64,000 nucleotides of DNA. Origin: Bugula neritina (Eukaryota; Animalia; Bryozoa). Below the pieces are notes generated by a model that was not told where the DNA came from, searched no databases, and saw nothing but the letters and a program-made list of their open reading frames with translations. This document shows, piece by piece, positions 1 through 17,383 of the stretch. Within the stretch, counting starts at the first letter, position 1, and each line of letters opens with the position of its first letter. Position numbers and translations under genes: made by a program. Location: contig OZ037767.1 in assembly GCA_964035545.1 (NCBI GenBank), positions 3,984,707 through 4,048,706 of the forward strand, in the 5' to 3' direction.

Positions 1-2235
1 TTATCTTACTACGTTCTCGCGATGCAATGGATGTCCCAGAGTTGGAATTTATTGTAGTCTTAGATATCGATTTTGACTTTTGGCAAGAAGGGCGGGTACT
101 TGAACGCCTCCTATTTATTTGATGATTGCTGACACTTTTCCATAAGTCTGTTAGCTACATTAACATGGAATTGTATAACTGTGATGATAATTCGTACAAT
201 TTCAAAACCCTATAGTACCTGTTTTCAAAGTAATTCACATTGAAAAAAAAACTATGCAGACTGCATGCAACTGGAACGGCTCTTTTTAAAGCAAAATGTG
301 GCTGATTTCTAATAAACATATAAGAAACATTTTTGAAACGAAATGGAACTTTAATAGAAATTATATATGTCACACCTACCATTGAAGCAACGCTCCTTGG
401 AGATTTCCCAGAGGATAAAATTGACGCAGCGGATTGTGATAATGCAGGTAGTGAACTGAGAAAATTACAAAACAACTTTGCATGTTTTATCAATATATTA
501 TAATATATACTTTAATATAAAAATATGCCAATTTCTTTAATGTATTTTATTCATGTTTATCGCACAATAAAATAATTTAAATGTTAAGTGTGTTAAATGT
601 TATTATATATTATTTGCTTCACTGCACTAACTGAAAATAACAGTACTAATATTAATGCCACAAGATACTATCTTTAACATCACGACTTCTCTGTTTAAAA
701 ATACAAAGATTTTGTACTCTGAAGTTTGAATTAAAAAAAAATTTGCAAGTAATTGCTGTATATATAATATTACGTCACCATTATCTTCATTTAACCTAGA
801 TTGAGAGCATAAATAACTGATTACCCTAAAGAAGTTTACAGAGTTTAAAATTTAAATGAACAACTCTGTAGTTACAGCTTGACTTTGAACATATGGCATT
901 GAGCATGAAGCATTGTCATTGCTTGCTTGGCAAAATAGTTTATGTAATTATTAATATAAATAGATAGTAACTTAATAGTCTAGTCACTCTAGAGCCTAGA
1001 GTCTAGAATGTATATAGGTATTAAATCTTTTTCCTAAAATATTGAAGTTTACTGACATAGGGTACTTTGCAAAATATGCTGATATAGTGACTTCAATTCT
1101 ATTTACAAACAAACAATGCAAAATATGTTGCTATTCAAGCTTGTCAAAACTATTATAATATATATACGTAATATAGAATTATTACATAGTTATATATATA
1201 ATATATTGTTTCATAGTTACCTTCTCCTGCTAGAAGCTCTCCTTTGACAAGATGGATCACTTCTGCTTTTTGCTAAACTTATTGTACTTCTACTTTTTCT
1301 TCCAGCTTTACTTATTCCAAGCCGTCGTCTTTAAGAGAAATACATTTCATAATTATAACAAGTATTCCTAATTGTCAAACTTCATAACATAACATAAGTA
1401 CCTATGCTATAGTGTAGTAGCACTAAAGCATACCCACACGCACGCGCACGCATACACACGCACACACGCACACACGCACACACGCACACACGCACACACG
1501 TAATAACTGACCTGTGAAGAATACACCGAAGCTCTTCTGTATTGTTCTCTACTTTACAACGAGATTGTAAAAGTTTGAATGTGTCGAGGTCAACTGGCTT
1601 CAACCGTAGCAACTCATTCAGATGTGTAAAGCATCTGTATTTACAGCGATATTTTACTATTGCATGGACTGCCTTTGTGGGAACTTTAAGCTGAAAACAT
1701 TCCAAAAATATTTTAATACTTTTAAAGCAATATTCCTTTGCAGCAATCGTATGACAGCAATAAAACAATTTCAAATATTAAAATGAAATGCTAAGCGCAT
1801 GCCTGATTGGACACCATTTTTATAATATGTCATTATTTAAAAAGCACTGTTGGTATGCTTTTTTTCACAAGATCAAAAGTTTATTGTTAGCATTGGCACT
1901 TTTTATTTAATATGAAAATAGTTTCATTGCCTTCATGAAATATACGTTTGTGAAACAGATACAAAATGCAAATAAAATATTTGGAAAACAAAAAAACTTT
2001 GAAATATACAACCATATGTTTGTACCATGCTGTGATTGTAAATTAAAGTTGTAATAGCTGCACAGCAAAATCATTCATATTTATGTTATCAGGCAGGTAT
2101 CATGGTTTCACTCACATTTTTTAATGTAGTCATGGAGCATTTGTTAATGTCCACTTTACCATTTATACGAGAAATGGATTTTCTTGCCTTCGCACTTTTT
2201 GTTTTATAGGCTGACTTTCGCCTCTCACGTGTCAT
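1..2235 (-). CDS. ComEA/HHH_3-type helix-hairpin-helix protein with Arg/Ser/Lys-rich tail; 3' end beyond the window. Exons 2235-2116, 1690-1512, 1328-1221, 455-380, 154-1
   Basis: Phase-consistent GT-AG splicing gives MTRERRKSAYKTKSAKARKSISRINGKVDINKCSMTTLKN|LKVPTKAVHAIVKYRCKYRCFTHLNELLRLKPVDLDTFKLLQSRCKV..., matching the ComEA pattern (xNINxAsxxEL..L.....A.AI..YR.....F..++L..+..+...F..L). It is followed by RRRLGISKAGRKSRSTISLAKSRS... and LTDLWKSVSNHQINRRRSSTRPS. Confidence 0.75.
1434..1500. repeat. (CA/CG) compound microsatellite in intron 2 of the HhH gene
   Basis: cacacgcacgcgcacgcatacacacgcacacacgca... visible directly. Confidence 0.9.
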
Positions 2236-2762
2236 ATTGTTCAGACTATTACATATATTGATGAAAGTTTAGTTACATTTATTATTTATTACATATTAAA
2301 TTATAATTACAATAATTAAAAAGAACAAAATACTTGATCACATAACAAGCATAACAAGAATATTTCTGACATCACACAGAGAGGAAGAAATATTTGTAAG
2401 CTGCTTTCTAAAAACTATTTCAAAATAGAAAAACAAAATGGCAAATTCTAATCTTATAGAATCAGCATTCCATCTTTTGACAAGGAAGATTATCGCTCCA
2501 GGATTGGCATGGATTGAGAATACAGAAATAGAGAGAATTGGGCAGATGGTTCTTGACGTCACTATAATACTGAGAATGCTGTATCTTAACTTAGACTTCA
2601 TGTTCTAAGTTGGAGTTGTGCAGACAATAGCATGACGTGAGGTATAAGCACAACGCTTAATCTCTAAATCTCAAACACTGCTGTTAAACTATTGATAAAA
2701 AATTTGTTTAACTTAATTTTAAATTGAAAGAACTGGTGCTCTTGTGAAATAGTAGTACCAAG
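2236..2762. promoter_or_regulatory. Divergent intergenic/promoter region with CRE-like motifs
   Basis: Lies between head-to-head ATGs (2235 on -, 2763 on +). Perfect CRE TGACGTCA at 2554-2561; variants TGACATCA 2367-2374 and TGACGTGA 2633-2640. Confidence 0.45.
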
Positions 2763-3509
2763 ATGGCTTCACTGAGACAAAACTTCAACAACAACAATAT
2801 GGTATATTCCGGAAATGAGTCATTTCGCAGATCTCTAAAGCTACAACACAACCCACTTAGAGCTTTTGGTTTGCATCAGTATTCGTATGGCTTGACTGGG
2901 CTTAGAGTTTCGATAAATGCGGGTTTACTTGGAGAACAAGAAAATCACTTTCTCCGCAGACGAGAGCTGTTGGAGTTGGACACAGAGCAGAATGAGCCCG
3001 TTGCGCAGCAGCTGCTACAGCCTGAAAAAAAAGCTCCTAAGGCTAAACCTGTGATGTTTATGAGCATAGAAAGTGTAGCCAAGGAACCTATAACTGAGTA
3101 TCGGAAGGAGGAGTTGCTGAAACTTGTTCACCACTCAAAGCATGTAAACACGATGATGCAGGCGAGTATATTGGCTGTTCTGTAGTTAATTATGATAATG
3201 TATGCCAGTATATAGGCTGAGTATAAACTGTAGCTGTTTATTTTACAGATTAGTCCCCATTTGAGTGCAATGAGCTATGGTGCAGATTATGGTTGGAGAG
3301 AGGAACGCCCTTCCCTTCCAGCATTAGCCATAGTTCCTAGACCGAATCCCAGTTCAACCTGTGAATGCACTAGCAGTTGGCTGTTAGTTGTGAGGTCCAA
3401 GTGTGAGTTTGTATGGAAAGCAGCATCTTACGTGTTCCGTGTTATACATTGGCTGTGCTGCAGCAACCTGGCTGTCCTGTACAAGGACTTCATAAAGTGT
3501 ACTCAGTGA
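2763..3509 (+). CDS. Uncharacterised two-exon protein (~219 aa) with YxxxxLL motif. Exons 2763-3161 (or -3143) and 3249-3509
   Basis: ORFs 2763-3185 and 3261-3509 are joined in frame by acceptor ttttacag|ATT (3249) and a phase-0 donor, either CAG|gcgagt (3162) or CAT|gtaaac (3144). AATAAA occurs downstream near 3728 and 3775. Confidence 0.6.
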
Positions 3510-4294
3510 TGAATAGATCATGAATGAAGCAGGATTAAGGAGACAATACTATCTCGTCGATAGGCAAATGATTCTGTAGTACTTCTTAGGTTGTTTTATT
3601 ACAAATTCTTACATACAATTTCACTTCACTGTGGCTATAATTGAAGAATTACTGTATTCTCATTTCTAATTACTGATTTTATGAGCTGTCAACAATACAT
3701 TAACCTGTAAATTTTTGTTTAATTAAAAATAAACTATTAAAATTATATTAAATGTAGAATCTTTTGCTTTTCTAAATAAAGAAGACTGTGAAATGTCATG
3801 GAGTCTAGATTATCAATATATTTTAGAGATGCATTAAGCAGGGTTCAAACAGAGAATAGCCTTACAGCTGCTTATTATGCTGCAATACCACAAAATATTA
3901 AGAAAACAGACACACCTAGTAGCTAAGCAATCAAATTCAAAATCTTCCAACAAGCAAAAGAGTACAAATTACGGTTAATATATAATCAGCGAGTAAATTT
4001 TTACATGAAATGACAACTCCAACATTACGAATTACAAGGATAACAGAAAGAGAGTTAGTATAACTAGTTTTTAATTTAACTGAAAATCAATAAGCAGGAT
4101 GTATGAGATACAAGTACAACAGACATCAGCGAATACAATTGTTTGTTCAACTTTTCACATAGTCACGGCTATTGCAACCTGCGCAACATTGTGATGTCAT
4201 ATCTATAACTCTGAGATATCTTTGAGACAAAGCCTTGTGGGTAGAAGATAGACTTCCTTTATGATGTCATAGAACTTGGTTTGTATGTGCGGTG

Positions 4295-7191
4295 TTAGTT
4301 GGATGTTACCAGCACATAAATCATACTAAAAAAGAAGAAAAATAATCAATATCATCTGGCCAGTAACATTTTGTGTAAGAATATAAAAAGCTTCATAATG
4401 ATCAGAATTATGGGTAGAATAGTAAATGCTTTTATGATACAAATTTTACCACACATATCTGTGTGTTGTTGAAGTGTTATGAAAAGACAACTTCAATATC
4501 AACATAGAGTGCAAAATTATTCAAAATAAAATAATTAATTCAGTTAAAACATTTACAGCTCTTACACGGAATTAAACTATTGGAAAAAAATGTTTTCCAA
4601 AAGTTGCAACTCTGAACGCTACGTATTCAACTGCATGCCTTCATTTTTACCAGTTAACTTATATTAGTATGATGCTTCATCGTACAAGTATGACAAATAT
4701 CAAAAAGAATAAAAGCTTATCGGGCACTAGTAATAGATGCAGCTACAGCCCCCAATACCTATACAGATAGTAGAAGAAGGAGATGAGATAGAATGCTAGT
4801 TTCACCCAGCCCTCCTTCATACACTTGCTAAGAGAGTCGGCGTTCATTACAGTGGTGGGGTCATAGAGCCCTGGACCGCTCATCACTGGTCTGGTTATGT
4901 ATCTAAAAATAGAATCACAATAGAGAGCAGACTAATTATTATTAAAATCAATGTCTGTCTGATGAACTAATAGAAAATATAATAGTATAATTTAGAGTTG
5001 CAATCCCGTGTAGATGTAGTTATGCGACATTATTAGACGTGTATATAATGTAATTCTGGTATATTTCAACACCCATGTAGAATACTTATACTTTTGTTGC
5101 GTATTTTAAATCATAAATATTTAATAATATAACATATACAGGAAAATTTGCTATTGCTGTGACTTTGGAACAGCAGCACATAAGCTACACTGCTAAGTCA
5201 TTTTAAAACAATAGGATGTCATTAAAAACATGCCTTAAACTATTACATATCATATAATGTAAATACATAAGAAGAGCTATTATATTACACCACATCATAA
5301 TAAAGAATTGCCTCCACTTACCTGTGGACATGGTAGGCTATCAGAGGAATGTTGAGAGCCAAAGAGCCAAACTGACCAGCAAAGAGGAAGAGGATATTGA
5401 AGAAGATGTGAATGGCATATTCCGGAAGAACAAGCTGCAAAACAACATAACATAAGAAAAATATTTGAAAGGCAAAAAAATGCATCATGCCTACCAAGAC
5501 ATGCTTCACTAAACAAAATTATGGTCTGCCAGCTATTGACTGCATCCACAAGTATATAAAACAGATAAATGCTAAGTCGCACAGTCATGCCTATTCCAAA
5601 TGATTTTATGGTTTAGTAAACGAATATAATATACGGCAATGATGAATTTGTGTCTTCACTTACAGGATTCAAAGTGTTACATTGGTCAATTGGATTCTTG
5701 TAATCTGTTTTAAGCTCATCAAAGGCAATAATCTACAATGACAAAACAAATGTATCATAAGTGATTAAGTAACTGACAAACAACATAACGATTATTACAG
5801 TATTTAATTTATTTGTGTCATAATTTATAAACTTATTTTTGATATAACTAAGCAAGATATGAATAACGATGAAGATAAACACCTCAAGATTTAAAAATTC
5901 ACAATGATAAAAGTTAATTCAAAATAAATTCGCAGTGAAAAACTTAAAGCAGGTGTCAATTCAAATGTAAATGATTTAACTTTTAACAGTGAATTACCCT
6001 ATGATGATAAATAAAAAGGTAAGCCTTAGAAAAAACTATAGACATAAAAGCAAGGTTTTTATTTGTATGACAACAAATAAAACTATTATATTTCTATAAC
6101 AATTAAACAATTAAAGATATGGTACGTTTTATATCATAATAAGATTATTATATTACTAATAATCTTATTTGTATAATAAAATATATCATCAATCTATCTT
6201 TAATTTTATATATTATAAAAATCATTACAATAATAGTCAAAGTAGTTTATATATAATTATAATAAGTTGACTTTATGCCAATTATTAGCTTTAGCAGCCC
6301 TTGAGACACCTTTTCAAGGGCTTATTTGAAGTCAATTACTACAGTTTACTAGTATTCCTCTACATTATTCAATATTAATCTAAATGATCATTAGTTAACA
6401 TTCCTATCATTAATAAATTACTAACAAGTAACTGATTAATTATTTTAAATTTAACTAAGCAACAAATTTATTGATTTTCAATGAGGTTAGCATTGTAATT
6501 AATAAATTACGATAATTTTAAATTTCATATTAATATTAGTAATTAAATTTAGTATAATTATAAGTAGTACTGCTAGTATTAGTATTCTCATTGAAGTTAC
6601 TCATTAAATTTGTTGATTAAGTTAAAGTAAACAGTAAAAGTAAATCTCATTATACAGATAGTGATACTATTATTTCTTATTTCTAATATTTATATTAATT
6701 TATCATTTAATAATAACTTAATAATGAATCAAATTTAATATTATTATCAATAATAATATTTTATTATTAGAATTTGTTTATACATGTATTTTTAACTCAA
6801 AGTCTATCAAATTCAATTTCAAATTAAAATTATAAAACTAAAATTGATTATTATTGGTAATACTATTAATAGTAATACTAATAGTAATAGTAATGCTAAT
6901 ACTCAGTATTAATTATATTAAAACTCACAGACTTGTGATTGTAGTATAAGTAACACTTTAAAAAACTATAAGCTATGCTTATTGTTTAAAAGTTATAATG
7001 AAGGCTCATAACTCATAAGTCATAAGACGATAACTATAAGACATAAGTCACGTTAAAGTTCAAGTTGAAGTTAGTCTTAGAGTTGTATTAATAAATTAAG
7101 ATATACTAACATGATATATAGCGAAGAAGATTAAGACGGCACTGAGTATTAAAGCTAAAATATAACAAAACGCTGCAAAGGTGAAAGCCAT
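4295..7191 (-). CDS. CNIH1: Protein cornichon homolog (ER cargo receptor), 145 aa. Exons 7191-7111, 5732-5664, 5434-5322, 4902-4759, 4325-4295
   Basis: Spliced product MAFTFAAFCYILALILSAVLIFFAIYH|IIAFDELKTDYKNPIDQCNTLNP|LVLPEYAIH...|YITRPVMSGPGLYDPTTVMNAD...EGWVKLAFYLISFFYYLY|SMIYVLVTSN* closely matches CNIH1/cornichon. All introns GT-AG. Confidence 0.96.
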
Positions 7192-7357
7192 GATAATTTC
7201 TGTATTTCCTAAAGTTCAAGTTGAATTCACAAGGTTTGAGTAAAGAACCGGAATACTTTTTTCTGTGTCGTCGAAGGATCGGAACTGACAAATAATGGTA
7301 CAACACAAAGAAGGAATCGCTTTCTTTCGTGTGCGCATGCTCTGAGCAGTTAACAAA
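7192..7357. promoter_or_regulatory. Compact bidirectional promoter/5'UTR interval CNIH-PSMC1
   Basis: Only 166 nt separate the two ATGs. Locally CpG-rich, with NRF1-like TGCGCATGC 7332-7340, ETS-like ACCGGAAT 7247-7254 and YY1/Kozak-like AACAAAATGG over the PSMC1 ATG. Confidence 0.7.
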
Positions 7358-12416
<5,059 letters not shown>

Positions 12417-12678
12417 ACATTCTATCATATTATATGTTAATTATTATAGTTAATAGACATTTATTGTTGAATCTGTACCAATAAAGTACATGCAAAAAGA
12501 TCATTGATCTTTGAAAAACCAATAAATATACAATTTTGCTATAAATTTAACTTCACAAGTTAATTGATAGTCATTTCTTCCAACTCAAGATCATTGTTAG
12601 CCGAGTGAATTAGTGGCGCAAAACTGTCTCGAGAGGATTATAACTATGGTGACAGGAAGTCCACTTGCCAGTCAAGTA

Positions 12679-15600
12679 TCAAACAACTTTTCGCTTTTTA
12701 GATTTTTTCTTGGCTACATTTTCTGCAGATATTGGTTCATTGGCATCAGATTTGTTACGCTTGACTGCTACTAACTCCTTGGTATTGTTATCTAGACTAT
12801 CCCACAATGCATCAGACTCATCTTCAGACACGGGAGAATGCAACTCCTCTTTCACTTCTTTTATGATGTCATCACTAGTTGGTTCTGATGGTTCACTCCA
12901 GTCGGAAGTAATCAGTAATTTGTTGAGTCTTGATTTCATGTAAAACTAAAAATATGAATCCAGAGAAATATTTGCACAATTTAGTGTTAAAATTACATGT
13001 TCCACAAGAATGCAGCATTATAAATGATGACCACCACATTTAAATTCCAAGAGAAAGCAAATCTGCAAATAGTCACGATTTATAAATCCCATTTCAACAA
13101 GACACATTGTGTTGCATTACCTTTTGAGTGAGAGCTCTGGTTTTAAGGTCGTGGATCCGCACATATCTGTCTAACCCACAAGACACAATGACTGGCACAG
13201 TTGGGTGACATTGCATGGATCTGATTGCACCAGCACCACCTTTGAACTTTCCTAAGCATTTCCTGTTTCGCAAATCCAACAGCGCCTGTTCGCCGACAGT
13301 GTTCCCAACAAACACTTGCCTGTAAAAACAAGGAATTCGTCAAATTGCTGCAAATTTCAACAGTTCCAAAGAGTATGTATAGCATAAAAATCTAGAAAAA
13401 TATCTTGGCTACTAATTCAATCAAATTTTAACTTTGCATTCACACTATAGACAACTAGTCATTTCAGCAATTTGCTTGCAAACTTGTCAATAACTTTCTA
13501 AAACAATGGAGCATTCGAGGGTTAATAATTTTATCAAATCAATGACACAGATGGCCGATAGGATAAGCCTATGAAATGGTGGCACAGTGTGATAATTCTC
13601 AACTTCAATATAAACTTACCGGTCATTATAAGGGGAGACACACAGACTAGTTATAGGAAGCTCCTCCCACTCCATTTCTATGACTGGTCTTCTCTGTTTA
13701 GTTGAAGAATCATACACTCGAACCTGTAAGTCAATTCAATAATCAGAATGACATGAGTCTAACTAATTTCCTTTATGTAGAGTAAATCTATACTGAGAGT
13801 ACAATATCAACTTTACACATTGAAGCAGCAAAACTAAAAAACATTAATTGTTGTATGCGTAATGAGTAAGTTGCAGCAGGTCAACATGTTGATCAAATCC
13901 ACACACTTGGGACAAAATAAAAATGTGATTATCCAGCTTCAAACAGTTATAGCTCATCAAAATCTATCTTTAGCAACAAAAAGAGGAATACAAGCTCCAT
14001 TAGTATTCACATGATTAACTAAGTGCATTACAAAAGTATATTTTTATGGTTGTAAAGTGTTCCAAATGCTCATTAAGTGGTTTATGTAATGCTGTGAATT
14101 TTTTATAGGAATTCAAAGTTATACACTCAACATTGATTCAACTATTACAAACACACACTACACTTAATGCTATAGATTGTCTCTATTCTTTAAATATTCC
14201 ACATACAAGTAGAGTTAAAGTTCTAGTTACCTGATGATAGCCCGTTGAGGTAACAATGAGACTGGTTGACGACTTGGGCAGGTAGCCGATATCTGTGACC
14301 CATATGGGGACTCTTAGGTCCAACCAGTCATTGGCTAACTAAACATATTACCAACACATTTTCATGTAACATACTTGCATCTTATTAATCACTACATTCC
14401 CATTGCTCCAGATGAATCCGTACAGATGTGGATGAATTTGTGGTTGCGGTTTGAATTAACTTATGGTTGCGGTTTCATTCGATTGACCTGGTCTCAAACG
14501 TTGAGTGAAAAATCCATTCGCATAATGTGAAGCAATGGGAACACAGTGACTGAGCAAGCTATCTATAGAAACCTAGTCTATTCGCGAGAGTCACCTTCTC
14601 CATAAAACACGAGAACACAATATTTAATGATATTATTTGAGATGTAGTTGAAGAACAAGAGTGACAACATGCACAAAGGGACCTATCTGAATCACAGTGA
14701 TAATACTCACATTCTTTGCTTTGAATACTGCACCAGCGTCTGGCCTATTGAGATCATACAGCTTGAGGCAATTCTCCTTCCCACCTGTGGACACAAGAGA
14801 CGGCTGGCTGGGATCTTCTTTCATACATGAAATATTACAGCCGCAGTCTATGGCTAACTACAAACAAACAAATCATAGAAAACCACAAACTGGTAAGATT
14901 TCAGAAGCCGGTCTGATATATTAAAGAAGCGAAAAGAACACAGAAATGCAGGAAACAGTCAAAGAGCTAGCTCATATAAGTACACATTATGAAGAAAGTA
15001 GTAGAGTACATACAGACTGTGATCCTTGTTCTCCCGGAGTACTGCTGTCTCTCTCGTCATTCCACACACACAACTTGCCTGTATTGGTACACGTAACATA
15101 CTTCCTGCAGCATGAAATAAGAGAGTAAAATGCTTTGAGTTGGGGCTTTCTTAGTAGACTATCAGCTGTGTTACATAGCTTGACCAGCGCAGCAAAACCA
15201 AAGGAAAATTGCATTAAATTCCATGTCAAAACAATAAGTATTGTTTTGACATGGAATTTAATGCAATTTCCCTTCGGTTTTGCTGCGCATATCTATAAAT
15301 TTACATACATCTACATTTAGATAAGTATATATCTACATTTAGATAAGTATATATCTGCATTTATACAAGCATAAGCCTACATCTATATTTATATAAGTAT
15401 ATATCTACATTGATATAAGTATGTATCTACATTTATACAAGTATATTTCTACATTTATATAAGTATGTATCAACATTCACACTAGCAAAAGTCTAAATAT
15501 TCACACATATATGTCTACATCAACACTTGTAAAAGTCTACATCCACAGTTAATGGATATCAGAACTTAGTCTTGGCTGATGAGAGAGAAGAGACAAACTG

Positions 15601-17114
15601 AAACTTACCTGTCAAACTTGTAGAGTCCTTTTATCACATGTTCATCAGACTCAGTGACTTGTAATATGTCTTCCATGGATGACGTGTGTAGGTTGTAGGA
15701 TTTAACAACTCCTCCGCGGGTTCCCAACAATATGGAGTCGTCCACCCTTCGATTCTCCCAACACATGACACATATTTCATTGGTCCGGTTAACTTCGGAC
15801 AACTCATTCAGATTATCCCATTTGTTATCAACGGTGTTCAGACCTGCAAGTCGGTGATATAGCAGAAGCGATTATAAATGCCTTCGCAGCAACTGGTACT
15901 GATTTTTTTAAAAAAAATTAACTTTCATAATAAAGTTCAATTGCATTAACTAACTCGTATAGCTATGCTGGATGATATTATAGATGAAGAGTTTCAACAG
16001 TAGTAATTGTGTTTATAATTATAGTCTAAGTTTTGACAAAGATCATGGTGTACAACCTAAAATTCAATTATACTATCAGTATCATAATTATTAGATAAAA
16101 CAATATTTTCATGATACGTTGCCATTTAGTTGAAGATGTGGGTCCTATGAAAACTACTCTACTCAGTAGAACACTACACCATCTCGTAGAAAAATTGATG
16201 TTATTTCAAGATGCTGGATAGGAATGTCGTGACATGAACAAAATTGGTATCAGTATCAGTATGACTATGAGTATCACCATCAGTATAAGACTGAGTATTA
16301 CCATGCCCATGGCCATTGTGATACTGTTTGTGATTAAGCTTGTCCTTGGGCTTGGCATTACAATCTACATTTTGATTTATTATCGCTGTCTTTAGGAGTA
16401 GATCTATTAGTATTACCAAAACTAAGAGTTAGAATAAGACTTTAAGAGTAAGAGTAAATGTAAGTCTAACACTAACAGTAACAGTAACTCTAAGACTAAG
16501 TCTAACTTTTACTTTAAGCATTAAATTTAATTTGATATGATGATTAAACTTTATCATGATTATTTTAATTTTTAAACCTAACGGCTAACAGTAACACTAA
16601 CAGTAACTGTAAGACTAAGTCACTTACTAAGTGTAACACTAACACTAACAGCAACGAGTAACTCACTAACTGTAAGACTAACCCTAAGTTACTTTAAGTT
16701 TAAGACTACCGTACTACGTCAACGTGTTACAGTAACTCTTCCTGATACCCCAAATTTGATCAAACTTCAATTTGAACTTTTAAATTTTCTGTAATAGTAA
16801 TAATTATAGTATTACTATTAGTTAAAAGTTGGTTTTGATATAAATTTTATCAACCCAGTACTGAGTACTTGTTACTTGACCTTCACCTTGTCGTACTCGT
16901 TGTGACCAATGGCAAAATTTGCTATCGGGTTTGTAATAATTGATGTAGAATTATTTACATTTAATATTTGAACTTTACAAATGCATGCCTAGGAATAAGT
17001 ATTTGGTAAAATAAATGTATTTAAAAAAGCAAAAAAGGGTAAATAAATATTAACTGCACCTTTTAAGAGACCGGTTTCAGACCCAACGTACACGTGATGC
17101 ACTGAGGGCGCCAT
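12679..17114 (-). CDS. WDR74: WD repeat-containing protein 74 (Nsa1, 60S biogenesis). Exons 17114-17060, 15843-15609, 15104-15014, 14857-14711, 14338-14231, 13723-13620, 13319-13121, 12945-12679
   Basis: Diagnostic motifs HVYVGSETGLLKG, STGGKENCLKLYDL, FKAKN|LANDWLDLRVPIW, TGYHQ|VRVYD, VGNTVG, CGLDRYVRIH, YMKSRLNKLL and DALWDSL. Splice phases are consistent. Confidence 0.95.
14397..14541. mobile_element. Small MITE-like element, family A, in WDR74 intron 4
   Basis: Terminal inverted repeats TTCCCATTGCTCCAGAT / ATGTGAAGCAATGGGAA match at 15/17. The internal part recurs, reverse-complemented, at ~53437-53524. Confidence 0.55.
15187..15288. repeat. Long inverted repeat (50-nt arms, 2-nt spacer, 2 mismatches) in WDR74 intron 2
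   Basis: gcgcagcaaaaccaaagg...caaaacaata-ag-tattgttttg...ccttcggttttgctgcgc. Confidence 0.95.
15289..15480. repeat. ~22-nt minisatellite (ATATCTACATTTATATAAGTAT-like) abutting the palindrome
   Basis: About 8 degenerate copies visible directly. Confidence 0.85.
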
Positions 17115-17383
17115 TTTGTTGCATAAATAATTAGAATGCACCAAAGTCTTCCAACCACCGAGTTTGATATAGAATTTTCCGCAGCAAACGTGGCTAGCGA
17201 CGCTACTATCTTACAACTTGTTGCAGGAAATGCGTGTCTTTCCGGTTAAACAGTATACGACGAAAAAGTTTAGCCATTCGCAGCTGGTCCTTCTGTATTG
17301 CCAGTTCGACTTATTAACAACTGTAAATTTTAAGCGTTTAATTACTTGACAAGCTTTTAATTGGCGAAAATTAATGAGTATAG
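17115..17383. promoter_or_regulatory. Bidirectional promoter WDR74 / RRBP1-like with probable non-coding first exon of RRBP1-like (donor TAG|gtaacg at 17384)
   Basis: CpG-rich patch with YY1-like GCGCCATTTT 17108-17117, ACGTGG 17188-17193 and ETS-like TTCCGGT 17240-17246. The RRBP1-like coding exon begins at acceptor 18744, so an upstream exon is required. Confidence 0.6.
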
